64,000 nt of DNA from Octopus bimaculoides (Eukaryota). The stretch is from positions 15,466,761-15,530,760 of the forward strand of contig NC_068987.1 of the NCBI RefSeq assembly GCF_001194135.2, given 5' to 3'. Positions 38,161 through 52,750 of this stretch are shown one piece after another (within the stretch, counting starts at the first letter, position 1; every line of letters starts with the position of its first letter). Below the pieces are notes generated by a model. It had not been told where the DNA came from. It worked only from the letters and a program-made list of their open reading frames with translations, and made no database searches. A program made the position numbers and the translations under genes.

Positions 38161-38559
38161 ATATGCATTATATATGTATGTATACTTTATTTGTGTATTA
38201 AGACTACCATAGGTTTCAGGTTAAGAAATATCTCAGCAATTTTTCTGTGTAATCGGCTTGAAAAATTGTTGGGATATTTCTTAACATAAAACCAATGGTA
38301 ACCTTAATATGCAAATAAAGACTCTTTATCTACCAATGCAGCATCAAGCACTCATTCTCATTGTTTGATATTTGCATACACACACACACACACACATACT
38401 ACTACTGGTTCATTCCTAACTCTTTTCTAAATGTGAGTAGAGCCATGTAGCCCTACCTACAATAAAGACCCACTCTACCCACCTGCCTCTATCATACCTT
38501 AACCTTCTTCTGTGTGCATAAAGCCCCTCCCCTTGGTTTTCTTAGGTTTACAAGTTGCA

Positions 38560-38762
38560 TGCCAACCTCACTAGTGCTAGTGGCATGAGAAAGGCACCCA
38601 GTGGACTCTGTAAAGTGGTTGGCATTACGAAGGGCATCCAGGCATAGAAACCATGCTAAAGCAGACACTAGAACATGATGTAATCTTTTGACCCATCAGA
38701 TCCTGTTGAATCGTCTAACCCATGCTGGTATGGAACATGGACATTACATGATGACGATGACA
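38560..38762 (+). mobile_element. RTE LINE 3'UTR tail
   Basis: aaggcacccagtggactctgtaaagtggttggcattacgaagggcatccag...ggacattacatgatgacgatga. Confidence 0.7.
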
Positions 38763-39149
38763 ATGGTACATATTGGAACATGATTGTGCACCTTTGATAA
38801 TACGTCTGCCAGATCAGATCTAAACAACAGCAACAGAAACTATGAATTTGTTTACAAACAAAGTCAACTAAAATTTTAAGAAAAGCAGCAGGAATTGTGT
38901 AAACAACTCTTAAAGTATCAAAGTAAAATAATTAATTATTTATTGGAGAATGATGAACTCTAGCATTGATTTTGTCATATAGATGTTCCAATCATTTGAT
39001 TGATGAAACTATCTAACTGTCTACTTATTGAACTATGTTTTAAGTAGTTTGTATTCTGGAGACACTTGTACCAAGAATGTACTTACATGTTGCGCGTGTG
39101 TGTGTCCATGTGTGTGTGTGTGTGTGCATGTGTAAAGATGATGATGATG

Positions 39150-39252
<103 letters not shown>

Positions 39253-39342
39253 TATATACATATACATTTATGTACATATATATGTGGGTGTGTGCATGTA
39301 TGCATATATCATCAGAGGACATTAAAACGATATATATGTATA

Positions 39343-39375
<33 letters not shown>

Positions 39376-39462
39376 TTTCATGTGTGTATATGTAATCTTA
39401 TGTATACATATATACCTACCTACACCATATGTAAAATTGCAAATAATTATAAATAAAAACTT

Positions 39463-39500
<38 letters not shown>

Positions 39501-41869
39501 ATACATACATCAGTAAACACTGGTGTGTAAGATAATACATGTTATGTGTGTATGTGTAAAACCTCATATAGACACATATCCATAGGCATGTGCACACAGT
39601 CTCACACACACACACACACGCACACACAGGCACATGGTATTGAGATGAATGCAGGACGATAGATATAAAAAAAAATAGAGAGGCATAGAGACTGCCAATG
39701 CCTTCCTATTTCCCTTCTAATGGCAGCAACAACCAACAGATGATGGTATCTTGCTAGTTTTAAAATATGCATTGTGCAGCAAATGTCATTATCATGTGAC
39801 TGTTTGATGATAATGATAATGAAAACGATGATGATAATAACAACAACAACAACAACAAACAAACAAACAACAGTAACTAAGGATTGTTCAAGCAGTTCTA
39901 AATTAGACATTTCATTTCGGACAAAAATACCTCCTCTTATAAAATGACTTCAAATTTTTAACCAGATTATAATACATGACATTCAAATTAATTAGTCGAT
40001 TGTTTGTATTTGATTTTTTTGTTTTTTTTTTGTTTTTGTTTTCTGATTTTNNNNNNNNNNNNNNNNNNNNNNNNNNNNNNNNNNNNNNNNNNNNNNNNNN
40101 NNNNNNNNNNNNNNNNNNNNNNNNNNNNNNNNNNNNNNNNNNNNNNNNNNNNNNNNNNNNNNNNNNNNNNNNNNNNNNNNNNNNNNNNNNNNNNNNNNNN
40201 NNNNNNNNNNNNNNNNNNNNNNNNNNNNNNNNNNNNNNNNNNNNNNNNNNNNNNNNNNNNNNNNNNNNNNNNNNNNNNNNNNNNNNNNNNNNNNNNNNNN
40301 NNNNNNNNNNNNNNNNNNNNNNNNNNNNNNNNNNNNNNNNNNNNNNNNNNNNNNNNNNNNNNNNNNNNNNNNNNNNNNNNNNNNNNNNNNNNNNNNNNNN
40401 NNNNNNNNNNNNNNNNNNNNNNNNNNNNNNNNNNNNNNNNNNNNNNNNNNNNNNNNNNNNNNNNNNNNNNNNNNNNNNNNNNNNNNNNNNNNNNNNNNNN
40501 NNNNNNNNNNNNNNNNNNNNNNNNNNNNNNNNNNNNNNNNNNNNNNNNNNNNNNNNNNNNNNNNNNNNNNNNNNNNNNNNNNNNNNNNNNNNNNNNNNNN
40601 NNNNNNNNNNNNNNNNNNNNNNNNNNNNNNNNNNNNNNNNNNNNNNNNNNNNNNNNNNNNNNNNNNNNNNNNNNNNNNNNNNNNNNNNNNNNNNNNNNNN
40701 NNNNNNNNNNNNNNNNNNNNNNNNNNNNNNNNNNNNNNNNNNNNNNNNNNNNNNNNNNNNNNNNNNNNNNNNNNNNNNNNNNNNNNNNNNNNNNNNNNNN
40801 NNNNNNNNNNNNNNNNNNNNNNNNNNNNNNNNNNNNNNNNNNNNNNNNNNNNNNNNNNNNNNNNNNNNNNNNNNNNNNNNNNNNNNNGTACCAGTCATAA
40901 ACTGGGGACAGGATTTCTTATTCTTTGAAAATCCTCCTTCCTTCATCATCATTTTAACATCCATTTTTCTATGCTCGCATCAGTCGGACAGAATTTGTAG
41001 AGGCAGGTTTTTTTTTGTTTTTTTTTACAACTGGATGCTCTTCTTGTCACCAACCCTCACCTCTTTTGATGTTTGGTAATATTTCTTCATGACTAGACGA
41101 GTTTTCAAGGAAAATTGGAAACAAAGGGTACTACTTGCATGGCAACAATACTCGTTTATGATTATCGCTCAAATTCAAAGCAAAGAAACAATAACGCAAG
41201 CACAAACACACACATGCATGCACACACACACACACACATACACAAAAGGAGGATTCTCAAAGAATTAGAAAACTGCAGACATGCATATATATGTGTGTGT
41301 GTTCATGCACATGTGTGTCATCANNNNNNNNNNCTCATGATCATTAGATCATGAGTTCAATTCCTTGTCATGCATTATATCCTTAAGCAAGACACTTTAT
41401 TTTACATTGCTCTAGTCTACTCAGATGAGAAAAATGAGTTATACCTGTAATTCAAAGGGCCAGCCTGAAACATTCTGTATCATGCTGAATCTCCCTGAGA
41501 CCTGCATTAAGGATACACATTAATTTCACAAGCAGGCTGTTCCATCGATCAAATCAACAGGAGCACTCATCATAACCAATGGAGTACCAGCTATACACAC
41601 ATGCAAAAGGATAAAAGTATAAACAGGCAAAGTTACTGGTATGATATTAGTGACATGATATTACTTGAATTGTGTGTATGTGCATGTACATACACACATA
41701 CATGTGTGTGTGAAAATACACATACACACATACTCAAGAACACACACACACACACACACACACATGTATATATATTGTATGCATTGAGCAATAAATGTCA
41801 TTGTCATGTGATTATTTGATGATAATGATAATAAGAAGAATCTCTTTTTATTTTTCTCTCCTTTACCAG

Positions 41870-41966
41870 GTCCATTTTGTTCGGCCCTCCTGGCAATAGT
41901 AAAACTCCTATGTTGTTCCTAGTGACAAGTGTTCTTTTTTGGGGATACCCGATGTATGTGTTCAAG
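41870..41966 (+). CDS. Patsas: Internal coding exon (97 nt) of the same palmitoyltransferase; linker and first transmembrane segment
   Basis: Acceptor tttttctctcctttaccag ends at 41869 and donor gtaaga starts at 41967. The first G completes the split TGG (Trp) codon left by the previous exon, then SILFGPPGNSKTPMLFLVTSVLFWGYPMYVFK. This matches the recalled Patsas motif LFG..G.SK.P.L.L.SVL.WGYPMY. Confidence 0.88.
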
Positions 41967-41977
41967 GTAAGAACTCA

Positions 41978-42008
<31 letters not shown>

Positions 42009-42164
42009 CATTATTATTATTATTATTATTATTATTAGTCAAGACGAAGAGTGCGATTTTAGATGTTTTATTTTTTTAACAATATTTCGACAGAACGTCT
42101 GTCTTTCTCGAGTTCAAACCAAAAGGTGATTGAAAATTCAATCCTTTTTTTAAAAAATAAAAAA

Positions 42165-42305
<141 letters not shown>

Positions 42306-42539
42306 TTAAGGTCTCAGAGTGATGAGATCTTAAAATTCAAGGGAATACTGAGTTTTTTTATTTGTTTTTTTTTTGTTTTTTTTAGTGGGGTTGTTTTGTT
42401 TTTGGTTTTGTTTTTTTAGAAAAGAGCCCATCTGATATTCATGGGACTCTCGTTAGCTCCTTAGACAACAAAACCAATGTACCAGCTGAATAACTCCTCT
42501 TATAGGTCCTGTAGGTAGGTAGAGAAGACCAGAAGTGGA

Positions 42540-42800
42540 AGAATTTCAGAGAGTCATTACCTCTTGCCACCAAAGGGATTCTCATTTCATGCAAAGAGCA
42601 GATTAAGGTCAACAGGTTCAATTGCCATGTGGGTTGAAACATGTAGCATTGGGGTCCATGCCCTTCTACAGTCCAATACAGACCATCGCCAGTTTACTAC
42701 TCGTATTCTGAATTTTACTCAGTGTGAAATACATAGAAAGACTCAGGTGGTGCATGGTGGTGAGACATGAATCATAGACTGAAGACTATGAATGAATGGA
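42540..42800 (+). mobile_element. Decayed RTE ORF2 fragment
   Basis: ttacctcttgccaccaaagggattctcatttcatgcaaagagcaga (LPL.ATKGFSFHAK.RL) and catggtggtgagaca (HGGET) match the fragment at 17090. Confidence 0.55.
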
Positions 42801-43429
42801 TGCATTATGCTAAGCTTGCATGGATGTTTGTACAGCACAAGAGAATTACGGTAGTGCCTGAGCATTGGGGGCATCAGCTGATGGTAATTGCAGAGCTGTT
42901 GCTGCTTATTCCCAGGTCAACAATGACCAAGCAGATCCATGCTCAGGGATCTTCCGCTTGTGACCATACCATATTTTATTTGGTGTGTTCAGGATTGCAT
43001 TATATAATTTTTTTCCCCTCTTCAGAACAGCAGGGTGTGATTTGAGGGATATTTGGCTGCCATTTCCTAGATCAAGCAGCCATGTAAAGGCTCCCTCATT
43101 GGCCAGCTTTGTTGCTGAACTGCATGTTAGCTTCAATGAATAGACCTGTAGTCAAAGATATACCAGCTGTGGCCATTATGTCTTTGTATATCTAGGACTA
43201 CATTATTCAATGTGTTGTTGTTATTGTTATTCAGCCTTTGGTCAACATTAATTAACCCTTTTGACACTACTCTGCCTGAAACTGTCCCTGTTTTAAAATT
43301 ACCTTAATTAAAACCTTCCATCAAAATTCCTTAATAATGGTTTCAAATTTTGGCACGGGGACAGCAGGTTTCTTTTTCTTTTATTTTTTTGTTTTGTTTA
43401 TTTGAAGGGAGGGGGAAGTCAAATACATC

Positions 43430-43745
43430 AATCCCAGTACTTGACTCCACAAAAGTAAAGTTCCTTCCTGAGTCATACAGACTCATAGGGCTGGTTTCCG
43501 TGACATATATATTCCTCACCTGGACAGAACTCTGGCCCGTTGCAGGATTAATCATTTTTGCCAGCTGAGCGGACTGGAGCAACGTGAAATAAAGTGTTTT
43601 GTTCAAGAGTATAACTCATCACCCAGTCAAGGAATCAAAACCACAATCTTACAATCACGAATCCAACACCCTAACCACTAAGCCATGCACCTCCAATCCA
43701 GGAATCGAACCTACAGCTTTAGAATCATGAGCCCAACAGTCTACT
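43430..43745 (-). mobile_element. tRNA-derived SINE with partly duplicated head
   Basis: Body shared with 5400-5745. The tRNA-like head appears twice (about 43625-43695 and 43697-43742). Confidence 0.55.
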
Positions 43746-44536
43746 CTATTGCAGAGATATAGCTGATATTTATTTCTAGCAGATGGTGGTTGATAATTGG
43801 TGGTGTATTTATCTTACATAAAACTATTAATATTTCATATTCAATCTTGCCATCTCGTTTCATTTATTGCTCCAGTATATTTTCCTTCTCTTAAAATTTA
43901 ATATCCTCTATTGTGTAATCTTTTTCTCTTGTTAGTTTAATCTTTTGATAGAGGACATGTCTTTTTGTCTGTTGCACTTGTGACACTGTATGTAGCCTTG
44001 GAAACATTTTTACTACTGGCAAACCCTCGATGTTGACTAGCTGCATTAACTAAAATATATATCAATGCACAAACAACATATGTGCACACACATATACATA
44101 AATATGCTCATACATAGATATGCACGTACATACATACATACATACATAGTCTCACCCCTGCAAGTACTGAAAAGTAGTCATTAACATGTTGCTGCTGCTG
44201 CTGTTGATGAGGATGCGTGTGTATAGATAGATATTTGTGTGTGTGTGTGTGTGTTTACACACATATCGATGTGTTGCCTTTTTTATGTTGACTCATTAAT
44301 GAAACAATCAAACATTAACTGAAGGAGCACTCAATACCTTTATGCAGAGTATAAAATTTATTTTTACAAGGAAAATTAATGACTCTGTGTGTGTGTGTGC
44401 GTGTGCGCGCGCGTGCTCATATACATATACTATCATCTGCTTCATGGATCTGTTTTCCATGATGGTATGCATAGGACTTATGGCATCATATATATACACA
44501 TACATTTCATCATCATCATCATATACATATATACAT

Positions 44537-44587
<51 letters not shown>

Positions 44588-45375
44588 AATATATATATAT
44601 ATTATTTATATTATTATATGACTGAATGCTACACATCCTCTTTCAAGTAAGTTTTATCTTAATAATTCTGATGCGCACTCTATATGATCTTTTTACTCTT
44701 TTGTTTTTCTCTCTTATTCTTTTACTTCCTATTTTCCCTCTATTCTATCCTATTACTCTGTCACTCTCTCTCCCTCACTCCTCCTCCCTTGCTCACATGG
44801 TTCTCACGTGACCATTGGCCATTTTTCTTTCTTTCTCTCCGTTGTTTCTAGAACAAGGAAAATATGTTCTTGCAAAATTACAATTTCCCTCTCCCTCTCT
44901 TTCTCTTGGGCTTTCAGAATATCTACATATCAACTTATTCTTGAATTGTGTTGAACAGCAATTAGAAGTATGCTTTGCAATAGCATTATCTGTAAACATT
45001 ATCTACAGACATTCATTGTACTGTTTATTATAATAATTATCATTAAGGCGGCAATTAACAAAATCCTTAGAGCATTGGACTGAACGCTTCGTAGTTTTTG
45101 TTCCAAATGTCTGCCTACCTAAGAATAAAGTACCAGTACTGGGTGGCAGATTGGTGGAATTGTTCATGCATTTGGATGGTATGCCTTATGGTAACTGTTC
45201 CAGCTGGATACATTCTATATTCAAATCCCGTCTTCCATCACTGGACCAAAAAAGAAAATAATATTGAAAAAATAACAGTAACTCATTTGTTGGGATGCGC
45301 AACTGATGGATAAATTGGAAAAAAAGTTGTGTTTGGACTATATTCTTGGATAGTAGATTTAATTTACCATTTGGT

Positions 45376-45603
45376 TTAACTCTTCAGTATTCAAACCAGC
45401 CATATCCAGCCAGAATATTCTACCTGTTTTATGTCCAATCAAACTAGATCAGGCCTCTCACACCTACCCTACAATGTCACACTAAAAATAAACAGTTGCA
45501 TCATTGATATCTCAAAGCAACAAGATAATGTTTAATTAATTCAGAACGATGTGAATAAATAAGGATTACATTTGACAAAGAAATCTGAACACTAAAGGGT
45601 TAA
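45376..45603. mobile_element. piggyBac-like MITE (TTAA-flanked)
   Basis: TTAA|ctcttcagtattca ... tgaacactaaaggg|TTAA. Confidence 0.7.
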
Positions 45604-46130
45604 CATCCCTACCTAGCCCTTGGATGCAAAACACTCATACAAATAGTCTAGATTGTTCAAGGTGCTATGCAGTGGGACTGAGCCAGGAACCATGTGGTTG
45701 GGAAGCAAATTTCTTATCACACAGCCACGCCTATAATTCATGGATGATGTCCGCCTTTTTCTCCTATAAATAATAGTTTGTTTTGTTTTCTTCAGTTTTT
45801 TTTTTTTAAAGATAAATAAAAGCTGGTGTCTTTGTTACTTCTGGAAAACTTTAACTACTCCGTGATTTTGTGATGAAACTTTTATATCTTTTGCCATTAA
45901 TACACAAAAATCTGTTTTGTTACTATCTTTAGCTTAAAACAGATATGATGTGTTTGATGTTATCAATGTTAGATTTTATATTAATGCTTACACACACTAT
46001 CTTTATACATACATACAAACATAACACACATACACGTGTACGTGTATATTTGTATATCTATATATACATATGCATACTTATATATATGTGTACTCACACA
46101 TGTTTATGTATATATTCATACATGCATACA

Positions 46131-46199
<69 letters not shown>

Positions 46200-47426
46200 A
46201 TGTGTATATATATGTGTGTGTGTGTGATAGACATATACAACATATAGATATATATATATATACATATATNNNNNNNNNNNNNNNNNNNNNNNNNNNNNNN
46301 NNNNNNNNNNNNNNNNNNNNNNNNNNNNNNNNNNNNNNNNNNNNNNNNNNNNNNNNNNNNNNNNNNNNNNNNNNNNNNNNNNTATAATCTTTGTGCTGAA
46401 GAATTTCCCTCTTCCTCTTCTTTTTTTTTTTCCTCTACTTTTTTTTTTTTTCTTCGCTTCATCTTCTTTAATCTAATGTAAAATTAAAGCTTTTGAAATG
46501 AAAATAATTTTCACAGTCTAGCTGCATCTCTGGAGATGTGTTAGACACTGGACATGCTGTCTAGGTAATTTATGGTGCAATATTCAGTTCAGCGACTCTT
46601 TGTTCTGAATTGTAGTCTTGTTCAGGTCATGCTTAATATTGACATTCATTGCTCTGGGATGTATAAGTATCGATAATACACTGGCAATCATTCAATCATT
46701 TACATTGTTGTTGTTGTTTAACCCCAGGTCAGCCCTGACCAGGCAGACCTATGATCAAAGTTTTTCCAGCTGCAGCCATCTAATCTTATATTCAGATAAT
46801 GTATCCAAGACTATATTATCCAATGTGTTCATCCAATTATGTTTGTCTTTTTTCATGTTTTTACTTATTTTGGAAGGGTTTTTGTTTTTTTGTTTTTTTT
46901 TTGTGAGATGTTGTGGGGTTGGAGGAGAATTGTTTTTCCTATTTAGCCGAGCATCCACATTTCACAAGTGACTGTGCATGGTCTAGTGAATAGGACGTTG
47001 CACTCACAATCTCAAGATTTGTGGTTTCGATTCATGGATTGGGTGGCACTTTGTCTTCTTGAGCAAAACACTTCATTTCGTGCTGCTCCATTTCACTCAG
47101 CTGTAAACGAGGAGCCCTACCACAGACTGGCATCCCATTTAAGAGTAACATTGTGATAGTGGTACTGATGGTGGTGGTAGTGGTGGTGGTGGAGGGGTAT
47201 TGCTGGTGGTGCTATGGAAACCGAATAATCAACCCTGTAATGTCCAGTCATTGATGACAGTGGTGGTGGTGGTGGTGGTGGTGGTCGTCGTCGTTGTCGT
47301 GGTAGGGTGGTGATGGTGGTGGTGGTAGGGATGACCACCACCACCATCAAAGCCTGAGCCAATCAAAGCTGTTTGAGTGGATTTGGTCAACAGAAATTGA
47401 AACAAACTTGTATATACATGTATGTA

Positions 47427-47508
<82 letters not shown>

Positions 47509-47749
47509 TGTGAGAGAGTTGGTATGTGAAAGCACGTGGTTGGATGTATAAAAGACAAAATAAAGTTAAAAAACTACAGAAGGCTTGTGTTATGTTTAAA
47601 GAATATATTTAAATCCTTATGTTAAAAAAATGTTATAAAATTTTGTGTAAAGTAACAACACTTTTGGAGAAATAACCGGTTTCATATTTTCTTTTCAAAT
47701 TTCTCAAATTTCCTTACCGATATTGCGTCATCTCTTCACTATATATATA

Positions 47750-48420
47750 GTAAGTAAAGATAAGCAACGTTTTGAAATATGAAATTCATCACAAAATATT
47801 TCAGCAATGCAAAAATTTTATTGATCAAAGTAAATACCATTACAATCAACACATTTTTTCCGAGTTAAAAATTTGTTTGTTCTGGTAACATAAAAATCTG
47901 GAATTTTGCAACTGATCAACTCTTTGAATGCGCTTTCAGCATTGGTTTGATTTTTGAACTCCTTCTCTCGCAGGAAACCATCAAAGTGCTTGAAAAAGTG
48001 GTAGTCGGTAGGAGAAAGGTCTGGGAAATATGCTGGGCGGGGAAGAACTTTGGAGCATCATTAGTGAAACATGTTGTCATGAAGAATGATCGGCCCTCTT
48101 CTGTTGACCAGTCTGGGACAGAGGAGTAGCAGTTTTCATTCATTTTGGCAATTTCATGGCAATATGTTTCAGCAGTAATGCTTTTTCTGGGTTTTAAGAA
48201 GCTATAGTGGATGAGTCCACTATAACGGTCACCCTAACCTTCTTTTTGAAGAGCTTGGGTTTAGGAAAGGTTTCCGGTGCTTCACTTTGGTCCAATGTCT
48301 TTGTATTGCAAGTTACAATATGGTTGAGAAGTTGATCTGTCTTGTTACGGAGAAGAAACGACAAGCAAATTTCATATATGCACATTTTCTGATTTTCATT
48401 CAAATCGTATTGACACAGAT
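47750..48420 (-). mobile_element. mariner (cecropia/Hsmar1-like) transposase pseudogene
   Basis: Minus-strand frames give LNENQKM...LLRNK...IVTC, then LDQSEAPETFPKPKL..KKVRVTV, LIHYSFL, LVNRRGPIILHDN, YFPDLSPTDYHFFKHFDGFL and KCVDCNGIYFD, collinear with Hsmar1 transposase. The DEKW segment (first catalytic Asp) is deleted and there are frameshifts. No TIR recognised. Confidence 0.9.
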
Positions 48421-49152
48421 ACACATACACACACATTTTCCACAACCGTCTGCAACAAAGGACCCTCTATGTGGTTACTCGACCCGCTAGAAATAACACC
48501 ACAACCTACCCACCCACCCAATCACACCCAAGCATCTTAAAGAAGGAAGGACACCCTGGATAATATACTCCTTGATATATTACACCCAAAAGAAAGACAG
48601 GATGGTCACAGCTGGAACACCTTTGATCATAAGTTTGCCTAACTGGAGCAAAACAATGATAACAAAACCTCAAACTACTGAGGGAGTCCCTACGCATTTG
48701 CACAGTAAGCTAGAAATAACAGCCAAATCTTCCTAAAACTTCATTTGTAGTTCACAAACAGGTTTTGGTTCTCAGTCATAGACACTCTGCTCCAATTACT
48801 ATCTTTATTGTTGTTAGGTGAAGGCATAATTGTCACACAATCTCATTTCTGCCATATCAGTCTGAGGTTTTGTGCCTTTGTAAAGAAACACTAAAGGAAC
48901 ACGCAGCATGCACACACACTCTCTCTTATCACACACTAAACACACGCACTCTTCCTTAATAGACATAAATACACACGCACACGCACACACACACACACAC
49001 ACACTCTCTCACACTGCACCATCTCTCTCTCTCTCTCTCATAAATACACATGCGTTCTCACACACAATCATACAATAATATGTTTTAATATGTTTTAGTT
49101 GCACATATATGTATATATGCATGTTTATATCTATAAGCATATACACACATGC

Positions 49153-49212
<60 letters not shown>

Positions 49213-49475
49213 CATCAGTAAATCATAAATCCAAAAGAGAAATATATATGTATGTATGTGTGTGTGTATATATATATATGTACATGTATGTATTTATATG
49301 GGTGTATACACACACACACATATGTATACACATACACATATACATATATATACACATACACATATACATACATATATACATATACATATNNNNNNNNNNC
49401 ACATATACATATACATACATACATATATATACGTATATATACATACATATTCATACATATACATATATACATACA

Positions 49476-49527
<52 letters not shown>

Positions 49528-49739
49528 CAAACACATAAATGTCTTTAAAAGATACTGTAAGAGGAAGGGAGGTGGGGAGATGATGGAGATTGTAAAAGAA
49601 AAATAATAAATAAAAGACAACACTCAATGTTGTCCTGTTTGGTTCATTAGCAAGGTTATTAAGGTTTTTCTGCTCTTTTCTATAATCCTGTTATCTCTTC
49701 ATTAGGTAATGCAGCTATAATCTTGATGACTTCTCTTTT

Positions 49740-50378
49740 CATTGGCAATTCATCTCTTTTCTTCTTCCCTTTCATTTTCTTCTTCTTCTTCTTCATCATT
49801 TCCTTCTGTTTTTATTTTTGTTTTTTTCGTTTTCTTCATCTCTTTCTTCTTGTTTTCTTTTCGTTTTTTCTTTGTTGTTTTCAGATTTTTCTCTTTTTTT
49901 TTTCTTTTTCTTTTTCTATTCCATGTCTTCTCCTTTGTTTCTTTCTCTTTCCCCACTTTTTCCTTCCTTTTCTTTCCTCTTCTTTTCCCTCATTCTCTCC
50001 CCTTTCCTTCTTTTTTTCTTCTTCTTCCTCCTCTTCTTTCTCTTCTCCATACTTTTTTTTTTTTTTTTTTTCTTGTCTTTGAACTCTTTTGTCCCTCATT
50101 TCTTCTCCTTCTTTTTCTTCTTCTTCTTCTTCTTCATCTTCTTCTTCTCCTTCTCCTTCTTCTCTTTCTTCTTCTTCTTCTTCTTTTTCTTCTTCTTCTT
50201 CTCCCCCTTCTTCTTCTTCTTCATCTTCTTCTTCTTTTTCTTCATCTTCTTCTTCTTCTTCTTCTTCATCTTCTTCTTCTTCTTCCCCTTCTTCTTCCCC
50301 TTCTTCTTCCCCTTCTTCTCCTTCCTCTTCTTCTTTTTCTTCTCCTCCCCCTCCTCCTCCTTCTTCTTCTTCTTCTAA
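49740..50378. repeat. Long polypyrimidine / (TTC)n tract
   Basis: More than 600 bp almost free of purines on the + strand. Confidence 0.9.
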
Positions 50379-51299
50379 CCAGACCAGAGCCTTCCAATCC
50401 ACAGCTCTAACTTAGTGTCACAGCATGTGTTCAATTGAATTGCTAATCAATAATTCACCCCACCCCACCCCATTCATCAATAAATGTTGTCATTCTTGTT
50501 GTGGTTGTTGTTGTTGTTAAGGGTATATGTGGCATGTGTGTATATGCAATTTTTTTGTTCTGCTATTTGTTACTTTTTGTTTTACAAACTCAATCCATTT
50601 TTGTTTTTTGTTGTTTTTTTCTTTTTTGATTGCTCACTTTTATCTGTCTCTCATTATCTCTGGTTTCACCACCACCACCACCACCACTACCACCACCACC
50701 ACCACCACTACCACCACCANNNNNNNNNNNNNNNNNNNNNNNNNNNNNNNNNNNNNNNNNNNNNNNNNNNNNNNNNNNNNNNNNNNNNNNNNNNNNNNNN
50801 NNNNNNNNNNNNNNNNNNNNNNNNNNNNNNNNNNNNNNNNNNNNNNNNNNNNNNNNNNNNNNNNNNNNNNNNNNNNNNNNNNNNNNNNNNNNNNNNNNNN
50901 NNNNNNNNNNNNNNNNNNNNNNNNNNNNNNNNNNNNNNNNNNNNACCGCCAATACCACCACCGCCATACCACCACCGCCAATACCACCATCACCACTACC
51001 AATACCACACCACCATCGCCAATACCACCACCACCATCCAAAACCATCACCAGTGCCACCACCACCACCATCACCAGTGCCACCACTGCCAATACATCAT
51101 TATCATTGTTCTCTAACAAAAGGAGGTTCTAAGTGATTACTCATTCTGCTAGAAATAGTAACCAAATCTTCCTTATCCCTTTAGCATTCAGATCACTCTG
51201 GTCAAACCTAATGCTTATTTATTCACAGTGTTTTGAATTAATCCTGGATCATCTCATAGCTTTGAGATTTCAGTGTTTTCTTTATCTTTTATCATTCAT

Positions 51300-51625
51300 T
51301 CACTTGTTTTAAGTCATTTCACTGCGACCATGCTGGGGCACTGCCTTGCAGGGTTTTAGTCAATCTTGTCCCCCAGTACTCATTTCTTCAAAGTCTGGTA
51401 TTTATTCTGTCAATCACCTATGTAAGAGGATGTAACCAAACCAACACCGGTCGTCAAGTGGTGGTGGGTGGCAAACACAAAGACATGCACATGCACACAC
51501 ATACACACACATAAATATATGACTGACTTCCTTCAGTTTCCGTCTACCTTTCCCAAGGCGCCACACAGTGACATTGAACCCAGAACCATGTGATTGGAAA
51601 GCAAACCAACTTACCACACAACCAC
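51300..51625 (-). mobile_element. tRNA-derived SINE (modular family), internally deleted head
   Basis: Reverse-complement 3' domain, CA-rich spacer and head. Confidence 0.7.
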
Positions 51626-51951
51626 CCTTGTGCCTGTTTGTTTATTTTTAGAATAACATTGTAGGGTTGGTGTAAGAGGCCAGAGCAGGCCAGTTTCAAT
51701 ATAAGATAGGCAGAATATTTGGGACCAGACATGGCTGGTTTAAATGCAAAAGGATTAAATTACACCTTTTCATCATGTAAAGAGAGTAAGGCATTGGATA
51801 ATGTAGTCTCAAAGAAGGACAGGGTAGTTAAGGCTGGAAAGTTTTTATCGTAAGTCTGTTGAGTCAGAACTTACCTAGGGTTTAACAACAACAACAGCTG
51901 CACCACTACTATCACCACTACTATCACCACCACTGCCAACATCATCACTGG

Positions 51952-51954
<3 letters not shown>

Positions 51955-52003
<49 letters not shown>

Positions 52004-52750
52004 GAGTGAGAGAGCAGTGCATGCCATCAAAGTGAAACTGGGGTAAAATATACGAAGCCCAGTATACCCATCATGACTACCCGTCTGATAAGGGTACACC
52101 AGGCACATGCATCATAACCATATGTACGCGACATGGTGATCTCATATCAAGATAAGCAGCGCATGACCCAGTTATAATTTTCTTCAGGTTGAGTAGCCCA
52201 TCCTACTCAAAAGGTCCCTGAATAAAGGTTGTTTAAGGATGTCGAACGAAACACCCATATTTCCAAATGTGAATTATCCAAACCCCAAAGAATTCCTCTC
52301 AACACATGGCCGTTGCCAGTACCACCTGACTGGCCTTCATGCGGGTGACACGTAAAAGCACCCACTACACTCTCTGAGTGGTTGGCATTAGGAAGGGCAT
52401 CCAGCTGCAGAAACTCTGCTAAATCAGATTGGAGCCTGGTGTAGCCATCTGGTCCACCAGTCCTCAGTCAAATCGTCCAACCCATGCTAGCATGGAAAGC
52501 GGACGTTAAATGATGATGATGATGACATGGTTATGATGCTTCCCACTACTTCTGCTCATGATTAGAGATGCACACATCGTCAGCCACCAAGGGTCATGCT
52601 CAACTGGTTAACATCAAACAACTGATAAGCAATTCTGTGGTATTGAGCAGAATATTTGTCGTAGCCCATCTTTTATACCAAGACAAAACAATGTACATGA
52701 TAACACTTCCAATCAGTTTAGATCAGAAGCCATGAGAGCCACTGCCTGTA
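51955..52750 (-). mobile_element. Long retroposon-like element with (AAT)n tail, interrupted by a nested RTE tail at 52310-52524
   Basis: An ATT microsatellite abuts one end. The insertion is flanked by ACATGG (52304-52309 / 52525-52530). Family assignment of the host element is tentative. Confidence 0.55.
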
